Of a stretch of DNA of 64,000 nucleotides, positions 39,164 through 49,821 are shown piece by piece. Numbering within the stretch: position 1 is the first letter of the stretch; each line of letters begins with the position of its first letter. The DNA is taken from NCBI GenBank assembly GCA_051746405.1, contig JBNJFB010000001.1, positions 96,001 through 160,000 on the forward strand. Reading direction: 5' to 3'. Source of the stretch: Campylobacterota bacterium (GTDB lineage: Bacteria > Campylobacterota > Campylobacteria > Campylobacterales > Arcobacteraceae). Position numbers and translations under genes: made by a program. Under the pieces are notes generated by a model, which saw nothing but the letters and a program-made list of their open reading frames with translations, searched no databases and was not told the DNA's origin.

Positions 39164-39766
39164 ATGGATTATAAAAAGTTTGCTGATTTTTCCCCTTGTG
39201 ATTATGCAGGTCCTTTAAAAAGAGAGAGTTTTATGGATATAGGAATTAAACAGTTGTGGTCAAATATTCCAAGAGTATCAGGTCCTGCATTTACTGTTGA
39301 AATGGTTGCTGGTGAAAACTTGAGCTTACATAGGGCAATTTATGAAGCTCCAGTTGGCTCTATTATTGTAGCACAATCAAATACAGTGGATTATTCAGTT
39401 ATTGGTGGAAATGTTACTGCAATTGCACAAAAAAGAGGGATTGCTGGTTTTGTCATTGATGGAACGGTAAGAGATATAGGTGAAATAAGAGAGCTTAAAA
39501 TGCCAATGTTTGGAAGAGGTGTTTTACCAATGCCAGGAGGTAAAAAAAATGCAGTTCCTGTAAATGTTCCTATAACTGCAGGTGGTATTGCTGTAAATCC
39601 TGGTGATATTATTGTTGCTGATGAAGAGGGAGTTGCTGTTATTCCTCAAGACAAAGCTTTAGAAGTATATGATAAAACAAAAGAAAAAATGGAAAAAGAA
39701 GCGAAAATGGGGTTTGAAAAGTGGGCACAAAATCATAAAAAGAGAATTGACTCTTTTTATAACTAA
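39164..39766 (+). CDS. RraA/HMG aldolase family protein
   Basis: GPAFTV, DGTVRD, PGDIIVADEEGV. Confidence 0.9.
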   Translation: MDYKKFADFSPCDYAGPLKRESFMDIGIKQLWSNIPRVSGPAFTVEMVAGENLSLHRAIYEAPVGSIIVAQSNTVDYSVIGGNVTAIAQKRGIAGFVIDGTVRDIGEIRELKMPMFGRGVLPMPGGKKNAVPVNVPITAGGIAVNPGDIIVADEEGVAVIPQDKALEVYDKTKEKMEKEAKMGFEKWAQNHKKRIDSFYN

Positions 39767-39800
39767 TAAATAGGGGGTTTAGAATAAGTCAAAACTTATT

Positions 39801-40145
39801 CTAAATCATTGCTCCAGATGCAGCCATAATTTCATATCCCTCTTCAGTCATTTTCTCTTTTGACCATGGGGGATTAAAAGTAAGATTTACTGCAACTTCA
39901 TCCACTTCAGGCACGGCTAAAGTTACATATTTAACTTGTTCTACTAAGCTTTCAGCAACTGGACAAGCTGGACTTGTAAGTGTCATTAGTACATCACAGT
40001 GTAAGTAATTCTCTTTTTCTTGAAAACTTATTTCATATATTAATCCTAAATCATATACATTTACAGGTATTTCGGGGTCAAATACACCCTTTAAGTTTTT
40101 TATTATTTTTTGTTCTATTTCTTCTTTATTCTCTATTAAAGCCAT
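39801..40145 (-). CDS. sufT: Fe-S assembly protein SufT/DUF59
   Basis: DPEIPVNVYDLGLIY, MTLTSPACP, PPWS. Confidence 0.88.
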   Translation of the reverse strand: MALIENKEEIEQKIIKNLKGVFDPEIPVNVYDLGLIYEISFQEKENYLHCDVLMTLTSPACPVAESLVEQVKYVTLAVPEVDEVAVNLTFNPPWSKEKMTEEGYEIMAASGAMI

Positions 40146-40165
40146 ATTTTATCCTTATGCTTTAT

Positions 40166-40573
40166 TTACAAATTTATTGCATACTCTTTTATTTTTTTAA
40201 TCATTCCAATTATTCCACTTTGTCTATTTGGTGTAATTACTTCTGAAAGATTTAGTTCATGTATAATATCCATATCCACATCTTTTAACTCTTGTATAGT
40301 TGCACCTGAGAATATTTTTAAAATCATATAAACTAAACCTTTTACAATAATAGCATCAGATGTACCATAGAAATATAATCTATCATTTTCTTGTTTTGCT
40401 ATTAACCAAACTTGAGAAGTACAACCATGAACTAAATTTTCAGGAGTTTTATATTTCTCATCTAGTGGTTCTAGTTTTTTTCCTAAATCTATTATAAAAT
40501 CATACTTTTGTAGTTCATCTTCAAAAAACTCTAAATCATCTTTAAAATCTTCTACTCTTTGTTCTATACTCAT
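40166..40573 (-). CDS. sufE: SufE sulfur acceptor
   Basis: VHGCTSQVW, SDAIIVKGL. Confidence 0.92.
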   Translation of the reverse strand: MSIEQRVEDFKDDLEFFEDELQKYDFIIDLGKKLEPLDEKYKTPENLVHGCTSQVWLIAKQENDRLYFYGTSDAIIVKGLVYMILKIFSGATIQELKDVDMDIIHELNLSEVITPNRQSGIIGMIKKIKEYAINL

Positions 40574-40588
40574 ATTTCTATTCCTATA

Positions 40589-41773
40589 TTAATCTTTTAA
40601 CATGCTAATTGCTTTTTTTAGTGCTTTTATTAGTGCATCCACGTCATTATAATCATTGTAAAATGCTATTGATACTCTTATTGTACCTTTTATTCCTAAC
40701 TTTTTCATAATAGGTTGAGCACAGTGATGTCCTACTCTTAAAGCTATTTTCATTTTATCAACTAAAATACCAATATCATCATGCATAATACCTTTTATAT
40801 TAAAACTTCTACTTCCAATAGAGTTTTCAATATCGTTGTAAAATTCAATATCAGGTATCTTTTTTAATTCATCATCAAGATATTTAAATACATCATTTTC
40901 AATAGCCTCAATATTTTCATAGCCAACTAAGTCTATGTAGTCTAAAGCCTCTTTAAAGCCAATTATTCCAGCAATATTTTGAGTACCTGCTTCAAATTTA
41001 TAAGGTGAGTCTAGAAGTGTTGATTTATCAAATGTAACTTCATCAATTGTAGCTCCACCTGTTTGGTAAGTATTTAAATCTTTTAAAAGCTCTTTTTTTA
41101 TATAAATAGCACCAACACCTGTTGGTCCAAAAGTTTTATGTGATGAAACTACAAAAATATCAACATCTAAATCTTGCATATCAACTCTCATATGAGCTAA
41201 ACTTTGAGCACCATCAATCATCACTGTTGCATTGTATTTATGAGCAAGTGTTGTAATAGCTTTTATATCATGAATTTTTCCAAATGCATTTGATATATGT
41301 GTTATAGATACAAAAGCATTTGGATTTTCTTTTAAAAGATTTTCAAAATCCTCAAAATCAAAATCCAAATTATTATTGCATTTTACAACTTCAAGACCAT
41401 TATTTAAACTTCTTCCTTGCATATGCCATGGAACAATATTTGAGTGATGCTCTAGTGATGAGATAATAACAGTTTTAAAATCTTTTGCATAAGATGATGC
41501 TATAAAGTTAATAGACTCACTAACACCTTTTGTGAAAATAATCTCTTCATTAGCAGAAGCATTAATAAACTCTTTTATCTTCTTTCTTGCATCTTCAAAT
41601 TTTAAAGTTGCTTTATTTGCATGACCAAAATTACTTCTGTGTACATTTGAACAGTAGTGTTCATAATACTCTATTTGAGAGTTTACCACAGCTTTTGGCT
41701 TTTGAGTTGTAGATGCATTATCTAAATATATAATATCACTATTTTCAAAATATGCAAAATCTTTTTTAAACAT
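40589..41773 (-). CDS. sufS: Cysteine desulfurase SufS
   Basis: YLDNASTTQKP, EHHSNIVPW, SSHK, RVGHHCA; likely start MFKKDF at 41773. Confidence 0.92.
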   Translation of the reverse strand: MFKKDFAYFENSDIIYLDNASTTQKPKAVVNSQIEYYEHYCSNVHRSNFGHANKATLKFEDARKKIKEFINASANEEIIFTKGVSESINFIASSYAKDFKTVIISSLEHHSNIVPWHMQGRSLNNGLEVVKCNNNLDFDFEDFENLLKENPNAFVSITHISNAFGKIHDIKAITTLAHKYNATVMIDGAQSLAHMRVDMQDLDVDIFVVSSHKTFGPTGVGAIYIKKELLKDLNTYQTGGATIDEVTFDKSTLLDSPYKFEAGTQNIAGIIGFKEALDYIDLVGYENIEAIENDVFKYLDDELKKIPDIEFYNDIENSIGSRSFNIKGIMHDDIGILVDKMKIALRVGHHCAQPIMKKLGIKGTIRVSIAFYNDYNDVDALIKALKKAISMLKD

Positions 41774-42800
41774 ACTTTTCCCTTTTATAATTATCCATAA
41801 ACTCTTTAATAAGCTCATCTTCAATACTATCATAGATATTACTTTCAAAAGCTTTTAGTAGCATATCATATGCTTTTTGCTTTGGAATACCTCTTGATTG
41901 TAAGTAAAGTAACTCATCTTTATTTAAAGTACCTGTTGTAGCACCATGACTTGCATCTAATTCATCTATTAATATCTCTAAGTGAGGCTGTGCAAAGATA
42001 GTAGCTTCATTAGATAATAAGATTGTATTAGAGTTTTGGTAAGCTTTTGAGTATAAAGCTTTTTTATTTACAATTGATTTGGCTTTAAAAACTGCTTTTG
42101 ATTCATCTTTTAAAGTGTGTTTATAGTTTATATCACTAGTTGAACTTTCATTGTTGTGTGTTGTTGTAATAAGGTTAGTTGTATTTGCACTATTAATTGA
42201 TTTTACAAGTCCGTTTAGATTATAGTAAATATCTTGATTATCTATGCTATTTTCATAACTATTTATAATAAGTCCATTGCCAAACTCAAAGTTTGTAAAT
42301 CTTGCTTTTGAACTATCTTTTTGATTTATAATAGAGTTATAAAGTAAAGAGTTTGTTTCATCTATATGTTGAACCTTTGCATACTCAAAAACTGCACCTT
42401 CACCTATATCAAACTGTCTATTTACACTAAAAGCACTATTTTGTGATGAGTTTGTAAATACTTCTATTATTGAAGCTTTAATACCCTTTTTTACTTCTAT
42501 TTTTAAAGAGTTTGAGTAAAGAGTATCATTCTCATCTAGTTTATAGATTAAACAAATAGGTTCAGGAATATTTGAGTCTATTGTAAGTACTGTTTGCTCT
42601 TTTTCTAAACTTTTTGTTATCTCAAAAAAAGGATTAGAGTACTTATTTGTATCTTCAATAGTTTTAAGTCCTACAATATCTAATTCATAACTTTTAACAT
42701 TTGTAAAGTCAGTTGAAAAAAGTGAAGAGAAATCTACTTTTCTAAATAACTCATCAGTTTTTTTAGGAAATTTTATATTTTCTAAACTATTTATTCTCAT
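41766..42800 (-). CDS. sufD: SufD
   Basis: PHLEILIDELDASHGATTG, YLQSRGI. Confidence 0.9.
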   Translation of the reverse strand: MRINSLENIKFPKKTDELFRKVDFSSLFSTDFTNVKSYELDIVGLKTIEDTNKYSNPFFEITKSLEKEQTVLTIDSNIPEPICLIYKLDENDTLYSNSLKIEVKKGIKASIIEVFTNSSQNSAFSVNRQFDIGEGAVFEYAKVQHIDETNSLLYNSIINQKDSSKARFTNFEFGNGLIINSYENSIDNQDIYYNLNGLVKSINSANTTNLITTTHNNESSTSDINYKHTLKDESKAVFKAKSIVNKKALYSKAYQNSNTILLSNEATIFAQPHLEILIDELDASHGATTGTLNKDELLYLQSRGIPKQKAYDMLLKAFESNIYDSIEDELIKEFMDNYKREKYV

Positions 42801-43542
42801 CTTTTATTCCTATTCCCTCAAAACCTTTTTTATCAAGTTCCAAGGCTAGATTATAATCTCCTGTTTTTACTATCTTCCCATCATTAATTATATGTACGAA
42901 GTCTGGTTTGATTAACTCTAGAAGTCTATCATAGTGAGTAATCATAAGTATTGATTTTTTGCCATCTAACATACTGTTTATTACATTTGCTACTGTTTTT
43001 ATAGCATCCACATCAAGACCTGAATCAATTTCATCAAGCATAATCAAATCAGGATTTAATAAAAGTAACTGTATTAACTCATTTCTTTTCTTTTCACCAC
43101 CACTAAAACCTTCATTTAAATCCCTTTGTAAAAGTTTTTTATCTAAATTGAATTTTGAAGTCTGTTCTTTTACAAGTTTTAAGAAGTCCATTGCATCAAT
43201 TTGCTCTTCTTTATGGTATGCTTTTTTTTCATTTATTGCAGTTTTTAAAAAGTAGCTATTATTAACTCCAGGAACTTCAACAGGATTTTGGAAACTCATA
43301 AAAATACCTTCATTTGCACGTTCACTTACATCCAAATCAAGTAAATTTTTCTTTTTATAAGTTACAGCACCTCCTGTTACTTCACAGTCATAGTGAGCAC
43401 TAAGGGTTTTTACAAGCGTTGATTTACCAGCACCATTTACACCCATAATAGCATGTACTTCTCCCTCATTTATCTCTAAATCTAAACCTTTTAAAATCTC
43501 TTTTTCATTTATCTTTACTTTTAAATCTTTTATATCTAACAT
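42787..43542 (-). CDS. sufC: SufC ATPase
   Basis: GVNGAGKST, GFSGGEKKRNE, LDEIDSGLD, ITHY. Confidence 0.95.
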   Translation of the reverse strand: MLDIKDLKVKINEKEILKGLDLEINEGEVHAIMGVNGAGKSTLVKTLSAHYDCEVTGGAVTYKKKNLLDLDVSERANEGIFMSFQNPVEVPGVNNSYFLKTAINEKKAYHKEEQIDAMDFLKLVKEQTSKFNLDKKLLQRDLNEGFSGGEKKRNELIQLLLLNPDLIMLDEIDSGLDVDAIKTVANVINSMLDGKKSILMITHYDRLLELIKPDFVHIINDGKIVKTGDYNLALELDKKGFEGIGIKDENK

Positions 43543-43589
43543 TTTTCTAACCTTTTTTTATCAATAATCGTATTAATTTTTATAATAAA

Positions 43590-45026
43590 TTATCCAACAC
43601 TACCTTCTAAAGATATATTTAACAGCTCCTTAGCTTCAGCTGCGAACTCCATTGGTAACTCTTTTAAAACCTCTTTACAGAAACCGTTTACTATCATTGA
43701 AACAGCATTCTCTTCATTTATACCTCTTTGACTAATATAAAATAATTGGTCATCAGAAATTTTTGAAGTTGTAGCTTCATGCTCTATTTGTGCACTCATA
43801 TTCTTTACTTCATGATATGGATAAGTATGTGCATTACACTGATTACCTATTAATAAAGAGTCACACTCAGAGAAGTTTCTAGCATTGTGTGCATTTTTAC
43901 CAATTCTTACTAAACCTCTATAGGCATTAACACCTTTCATAGCCGAGATACCTTTTGAGATAATTGTTGATTTTGTATTTTTACCTAAGTGTATCATCTT
44001 AGTTCCTGTATCTGCTTGCTGGGCTTTTGATGAAATAGCAACTGAGTAAAATTCACCCACACTATTATCACCCTTTAGAACACATGATGGATATTTCCAA
44101 GTTAAACTTGAACCTGTTTCAACTTGTGTCCATGATATTTTAGAGTTATCACCCTTACATAAACCTCTTTTAGTAACAAAGTTTAAGATACCACCTTTTC
44201 CTGTATCATCACCTGGGTACCAGTTTTGTATAGTTGAGTACTTTATATGTGACTTTTCTAAAGTTACAAGCTCTACAACAGCTGCATGTAGTTGTCTTTC
44301 ATCTCTTGTTGGAGCTGAACACCCCTCATTATAAGAAACATATGAACCCTCATCACAGATTATTAAAGTTCTTTCAAACTGTCCTGTATCAAGTGCGTTT
44401 ATTCTAAAGTATGTTGATAACTCCATTGGACAAACTGTGTTTGGTGGAATATAAACAAAACTACCGTCTGTAAAAACAGCTGAGTTTAAACAGGCAAAGA
44501 AATTATCGCCAACTGGCACAACAGAAGCTAAATACTTTTCTAGCAGTTCAGGATAGCTATTTGCAGCTTCACTAATTGAACAGAATATTATACCTAGTTT
44601 CTCTAGCTCATCTTGGTATGTTGTTTTAACTGAAACTGAGTCAAAAACAGCATCAACTGCAACACCTGCTAATTGCTTTTGTTCTTCAAGTGGGATACCT
44701 AACTTTTCATATGTCTTTAAAATCTCAGGATCAACTTCATCTAAAGAACCAAGTGGTTTTTTAGGAGCAGAGTAGTAAGCTATATCATTATAATCAATTT
44801 TTGGATAATCTAAATCTGCCCAATTAGGTTCTTCCATGGTAAGCCACTTTTTATATGCTTTTAATCTAAAATCCAAAAGCCACTGTGGTTCATTTTTTTT
44901 CGCGGAAATCGCTTTTATTACATCTTCATTTAAACCTTTAGGAAATGTATCACTCTCAACAAGTGTTTCAAATCCAAGTTTATAGTCGCTATTAATAACG
45001 TCATGTATCTGTTTATTTTCGCTCAT
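43590..45026 (-). CDS. sufB: SufB
   Basis: [31 protein letters not shown]-terminus; likely start MSENK at 45026. Confidence 0.96.
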   Translation of the reverse strand: MSENKQIHDVINSDYKLGFETLVESDTFPKGLNEDVIKAISAKKNEPQWLLDFRLKAYKKWLTMEEPNWADLDYPKIDYNDIAYYSAPKKPLGSLDEVDPEILKTYEKLGIPLEEQKQLAGVAVDAVFDSVSVKTTYQDELEKLGIIFCSISEAANSYPELLEKYLASVVPVGDNFFACLNSAVFTDGSFVYIPPNTVCPMELSTYFRINALDTGQFERTLIICDEGSYVSYNEGCSAPTRDERQLHAAVVELVTLEKSHIKYSTIQNWYPGDDTGKGGILNFVTKRGLCKGDNSKISWTQVETGSSLTWKYPSCVLKGDNSVGEFYSVAISSKAQQADTGTKMIHLGKNTKSTIISKGISAMKGVNAYRGLVRIGKNAHNARNFSECDSLLIGNQCNAHTYPYHEVKNMSAQIEHEATTSKISDDQLFYISQRGINEENAVSMIVNGFCKEVLKELPMEFAAEAKELLNISLEGSVG

Positions 45027-45066
45027 AACAGACTCCAATTTTAATTTTTTGTTTTAATATATAGTT

Positions 45067-45295
45067 TAGGATATATATTGTCTTAATTTAATATAACAGT
45101 AAAATAGTAAAAGAAAACTTAATTAGGACAATTTTTGTCTTAATTGATTAAAGTGCTACTTTAGGTAAGCTTTTAATTTTACTTATGTATTGTGTAGTAT
45201 AGTGAATATTATTTTACAATAAACTTTCCTAATGCTATTTATCCAATAATTTTATGTAATATGGAAATTTAATTAAGACAAATTTTATCCTATTT
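45067..45295. promoter_or_regulatory. Three copies of a TAGGAYA-N5-TGTCTTAATT near-palindrome, putative Rrf2/IscR-type sites
   Basis: 45067-45088, 45121-45145 and (inverted) 45271-45295. Confidence 0.6.
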
Positions 45296-45336
45296 ACAAT
45301 AAAATATACAAAATATTGATATTTAGGATTACAAAA

Positions 45337-45867
45337 ATGGAGTCATTTGAGCAAGAAGAGCTAGTATGTGAATGTGCTAGGGTTACTTTAGGAAAAATTA
45401 TAGAAGTAATTAAGTTAAATGATTTAAAAACAGTAGAAGAGATTACAGACTATACAAAAGCAGGTGCTTTTTGTAAATCCTGTATAAAACCAGGTGGATA
45501 TGAGCAAAAAGATATATATTTAGTAGATATATTAAAAGATACGAGGGCAGAAATGGAAGAAGAAAAACTAAAAACAGCAGTAGATGAAAGTCTAGCAGGT
45601 GAACTAACATTTGATAAGATGACTTTAGTTCAAAGAATTAAAACAGTTGATGAGGTTTTAGACCAAGAGATTAGACCAATGCTAGTAATGGACGGTGGTA
45701 ATATGGAGATTATTGATATAAAAGAGAATCTACCCCATTATGACATATATATAAGATACTTAGGTGCATGTTCAGGATGTGCTTCAGGTAGTGGTGGTAC
45801 ACTGTTTGCAATTGAATCTATATTAAAACAAAAAATAGATGAGAACATAAGAGTTTTACCTATTTAG
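45337..45867 (+). CDS. NifU-like protein lacking the N-terminal IscU domain (BFD-like [2Fe-2S] plus NifU-C)
   Basis: VCECARV, AGAFCKSC, DGGNME, GACSGC; AGGA RBS before ATG at 45337. Confidence 0.82.
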   Translation: MESFEQEELVCECARVTLGKIIEVIKLNDLKTVEEITDYTKAGAFCKSCIKPGGYEQKDIYLVDILKDTRAEMEEEKLKTAVDESLAGELTFDKMTLVQRIKTVDEVLDQEIRPMLVMDGGNMEIIDIKENLPHYDIYIRYLGACSGCASGSGGTLFAIESILKQKIDENIRVLPI

Positions 45868-45915
45868 TTACTAAAACTAAAAGAAGAATAATACTAATAA
45901 TACATGGGAAAGCTT

Positions 45916-46824
45916 CTAAGGCTTATCCCTTGTACTCTTTTTTTCTATTTTATTGTTACTAGAATTAAATGATAGTATTGTGACTATAAATAAAATTAAT
46001 CCCATTCCAATATATTGTACTATAGATAATTTTTCATCTAAAATAGTGATACTAAACAAAGAGGCTGTAACAGGCTCAATCATTGCTATTATTGATGCAA
46101 CTGCAGGTGGAGTATAGTATAAACCTTTCACATAAAGAAAAAATGAAATTCCAGCACCAAGCAGTCCTAAAAGTATAAAAAGTAGCCAATATTGAGAGGT
46201 TATTGCTGCAATAACTTGTTCATTTTTATTTGTTATTATCATTAATATTACCACAAGTACACTAAAGGCTATAGTAAGAACTCCTTGAGCACTACTATAG
46301 TTAGCAGCATACTTAAAGCCAAAAATAAATATAGCATAGCAAAGACCTGATAGAAGTCCTGTTATAACAGCGAAAACTCCAATAGCATCTGCATCTACAC
46401 TATATATTCGAGTTAGCATAACAATTCCTACTAAAACAAGTGCAATTGCTATGCACTTTAAAACTGTTGGCTTTTCAATCTTTAAAGCAAATGAAGCTAA
46501 ATATACAAATATTGGGGCACAATACATTAGCGTTGATGCAATAGCAACTCCACCCTCTTTTATACTAATAAAATAAAAAGAGAAATTTCCTGCAACCCCT
46601 AAACCTGCAATAATTGCCCAAAGCCATAGCTTAGGGTTATCAAAGCCATTATATTTTGGAGATAAAATTAACCAAAAAAGTGCAAAAATAAGTCCTATTG
46701 TTCCACGATAGAGTGATATTACAAAAGGCTCCCAGCCATGGGATATTAAAATACCCGCAATACCGCCAGTTAAGCCCCAAAAAAATGCTGCTAATATAAC
46801 AAATGTAGTTGTAACTCTTACCAT
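45916..46824 (-). CDS. DMT/EamA family transporter
   Basis: About 10 TM helices, IEPV, LDEKLS. Confidence 0.85.
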   Translation of the reverse strand: MVRVTTTFVILAAFFWGLTGGIAGILISHGWEPFVISLYRGTIGLIFALFWLILSPKYNGFDNPKLWLWAIIAGLGVAGNFSFYFISIKEGGVAIASTLMYCAPIFVYLASFALKIEKPTVLKCIAIALVLVGIVMLTRIYSVDADAIGVFAVITGLLSGLCYAIFIFGFKYAANYSSAQGVLTIAFSVLVVILMIITNKNEQVIAAITSQYWLLFILLGLLGAGISFFLYVKGLYYTPPAVASIIAMIEPVTASLFSITILDEKLSIVQYIGMGLILFIVTILSFNSSNNKIEKKSTRDKP

Positions 46825-46980
46825 TTATATCCTTTATGAGAGAAAAATTATCAATTAAGAGTCTGTTAATAGGATTGCTGTTAGAATCAAACTATTGCAT
46901 TTGTACAAGCTTTTTTATAAAAAATAACTTATAATTAAAAGCTAGTTTAGATATTTTTAAATTTATTAGTAGGAGTTATT

Positions 46981-47172
46981 ATGACAGCTCAAGATAAAGA
47001 GTTAGCTCAATTACACGATACAATTGTTGATGATGTTGAATCATTAGTTAATAAATATATATCAATTGTTAGTTGGGATGTACCTGAAAACGATGAAGAC
47101 GAAGCTAAAGTTAAAATAGTAAAAGTAATTAAAGGGGCTATTTTAGATATTGAGAAAAGAAATCAACAGTAA
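46981..47172 (+). CDS. Small acidic hypothetical protein, 63 aa
   Basis: AGGAG RBS, WDVPENDE motif, downstream hairpin. Confidence 0.7.
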   Translation: MTAQDKELAQLHDTIVDDVESLVNKYISIVSWDVPENDEDEAKVKIVKVIKGAILDIEKRNQQ

Positions 47173-47181
47173 CATATGTTA

Positions 47182-47218
47182 TAATTTTCCCCAAAAAGAT
47201 TTTTTATAGGGAAAATTA
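47182..47218. terminator. Inverted repeat between convergent genes
   Basis: TAATTTTCCC...GGGAAAATTA. Confidence 0.55.
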
Positions 47219-47237
47219 ATAGCATAAAGATTAGTTA

Positions 47238-49817
47238 TTAAGCATTTCTATTTTCAATTTCATAAAAACTTAATAAAGGTTCACTATAGTTTGGCACATT
47301 ATCATAACTAAACACAGCAAAATATTTTGAAATATTTAACGAACCAAAGTCATCATATGTGTAGTTGTCTTTTCCTGCATATAGTTTATCACCATCATAC
47401 GGATTTGAAGGTGGATGAAATCTATTTCTAACCACATATACACCTACAAAATCTTTATCTTCTGGGTTATCCCAAGTTAGTTTAATTCGTCCATCTTCTT
47501 TTGAAAGTTTTAGATTTTTTGGTTGAGCTACTTGGTCTCTTCTTCTTTGAATATGTTTGATAGTTAAAACAACATCTTCATTCCATTTAATAACATGATC
47601 TTTAGTAATTGAAGAAGTTGGTTTTATAACAAATTTTGCTAAACTACTATTTTCATGTCTATGCTCTAAGGAGAGTCTAGAGAAACTATCAAATATAAAA
47701 TGATGTGTTTTTTTTTCTTGTAATAAAGCATGACTTACTTCATAACCAATAAACTCTATTCTTTCTCTTTGTTTAATATCTTCATGATTCAATTTTTCAA
47801 TATCTATAAACTCAAGATTATAACGAATATCTTGTTTTGATTTTGTTTTGGTCATATTTTTAATACTAATATAAGCCTGTGTAATAACTGTCTGTTTAAA
47901 ATCAGGTAGCAAAGAAAGATCAAACTCCATATATCCATAGATTTTTTCATTTTGATTATCAAAGCCACAGTAAAGCTCATTTTCCATAACTTCATCTTTA
48001 TACACTGTTGTAATGCTACTTGTTGGTATTTCTAAACTCTCTTCAGGAACAGTATATTTTATATAAAGATTAGGTCTATAATGAATTCCCCCTCCAAACC
48101 TACCATATCCTAAATCAAACATCATCATTTGAGAATCCATTCCTAAAGGCAGTTGTGTAGGTCCATTAATTCTAAAAAGAACAGAAGAGTAGTCTTCAAG
48201 CTGAGATTGTAAAAGTTTTTTTTCATAATCATTAAATTGCCAATGACTCCAAATACCTTGTGTAAGTTTTTCTGATGGAATTGTTGCACCTAAAGTTTGT
48301 AATAGTTCACATTTATTGATTTGGTCAAAGTCTGTAATATCTGAAACAGTATCCTTATTAACAAATGAAATAGACCACTCCCCGTATTTTTCAATTTTTG
48401 CATTTACACGATTTAAGGGATAAAGTGATAGTTTTGCTTCTTTTATAATAGCATCTTTTGGCAGTGATTCTAAAGAGAAATCCATCACACCATAGCTAAT
48501 ACCTCTATTTTGACTAACTCCAATAAAAAGCGAATTTTTTCCAAAATGTGAACGATTATTCTCTAATGTTTTTTCAGCCACATACCCTACTGAAGATGGT
48601 GTTGGAAATACTGTACGAAAAAACTCATCATTTTCAAGCTCTGTTTGTACACGTAACTGAGGTGCAAAAGGGGATTTTATTTTAGTATCCCTTTGAATTG
48701 CACGAATAGAATAATAATAATCTTTTCCACTGGTTAACTCAATATCTGTAAAACTATTTTTTGTTGTAACACCTACAACAGATGATTCATTATATGCTTT
48801 TTTATTTTCATTATTTCTGTATATCTCAAAGTAGATATTTTGAGTAGTTTCATACTCCCATTTTAGTGTCACTTCACTTGAAGTTTTACTCTCAACAGTA
48901 AACTCCTTTGGTCTTTTAGGAGCTTGTGAAGAGTAGTTATGAGCTTCACTTAAAGCATATAAAAGTGCAGGAATATTTTCATGAATACTCTCACTCATAT
49001 TTTGCATATAGTCAGGAATATTTTGAGTTCCCACTTCAACAACAGCTGAAATAATACCTTTGCTATAGTAATACTCTCTTCCACTTCCACTAATAAGGTT
49101 TTTAGGTGGTTTACCTCTGTGTATTCCATACTTTCTTCCTGTAACTTTATGAATTTGGTAGTTCATATTTGCACAAATTGTATTTAAATCTGTACCTTCA
49201 AGTTCTGCTTCATGATTAAATTTATGAGCAGGGAAAAATACATTTCCTTGTGAGTGATAATCCAATGCAATTGTAATATTTTCATGAGCATCTACAAAGT
49301 TTTTAATAGATAATGTTTCAGGTTCACTAAAAGGCTCTGGCCCACCATAAACATTTGAGGCTGTATCTTTACTTTTTAGAAATCCTATACTAAAGTTTCT
49401 GTTTAAATCTACACCAAAGGTGCCATCTTTGTTGTCTCTTCTATTTTTTCTCCAGAATGAAAAGTGATTTTTGCTATATTCAAACCCATCTGGATTAAGA
49501 CAAGGAACAATATATAAAGTATTGTGTGTTAGTATTTGTAATATTTCTGGATTAGTTTCATAGTTATTTAAAATATAATCAATAAATGAAACTGCTAATT
49601 CATTTCCAATCCATTCTCTAGCGTGAATAGTTCCTGTATATAAAAGAGCAGGTTTTAAGTTTGCATTTTCTACATGTAAAGATATAGTAGCAAGCATAAT
49701 ATCTCTTTGCTCCCATGTTTTTCCAATTGATTCTATTGTTATTAGATGTGGATAGTTTTTTTGACAATCTTTAAGAAACTCGCAAGTTTGCTCATAAGAT
49801 TTATATTGTTGTTTCAT
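47238..49817 (-). CDS. M14 zinc carboxypeptidase with C-terminal FN3-like and beta-sandwich domains
   Basis: HARE, WRKNRR, GVDLNRNF, DYHSQG, VEVG; likely start MKQQYKS at 49817; no signal peptide. Confidence 0.88.
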   Translation of the reverse strand: MKQQYKSYEQTCEFLKDCQKNYPHLITIESIGKTWEQRDIMLATISLHVENANLKPALLYTGTIHAREWIGNELAVSFIDYILNNYETNPEILQILTHNTLYIVPCLNPDGFEYSKNHFSFWRKNRRDNKDGTFGVDLNRNFSIGFLKSKDTASNVYGGPEPFSEPETLSIKNFVDAHENITIALDYHSQGNVFFPAHKFNHEAELEGTDLNTICANMNYQIHKVTGRKYGIHRGKPPKNLISGSGREYYYSKGIISAVVEVGTQNIPDYMQNMSESIHENIPALLYALSEAHNYSSQAPKRPKEFTVESKTSSEVTLKWEYETTQNIYFEIYRNNENKKAYNESSVVGVTTKNSFTDIELTSGKDYYYSIRAIQRDTKIKSPFAPQLRVQTELENDEFFRTVFPTPSSVGYVAEKTLENNRSHFGKNSLFIGVSQNRGISYGVMDFSLESLPKDAIIKEAKLSLYPLNRVNAKIEKYGEWSISFVNKDTVSDITDFDQINKCELLQTLGATIPSEKLTQGIWSHWQFNDYEKKLLQSQLEDYSSVLFRINGPTQLPLGMDSQMMMFDLGYGRFGGGIHYRPNLYIKYTVPEESLEIPTSSITTVYKDEVMENELYCGFDNQNEKIYGYMEFDLSLLPDFKQTVITQAYISIKNMTKTKSKQDIRYNLEFIDIEKLNHEDIKQRERIEFIGYEVSHALLQEKKTHHFIFDSFSRLSLEHRHENSSLAKFVIKPTSSITKDHVIKWNEDVVLTIKHIQRRRDQVAQPKNLKLSKEDGRIKLTWDNPEDKDFVGVYVVRNRFHPPSNPYDGDKLYAGKDNYTYDDFGSLNISKYFAVFSYDNVPNYSEPLLSFYEIENRNA

Positions 49818-49821
49818 TTTT

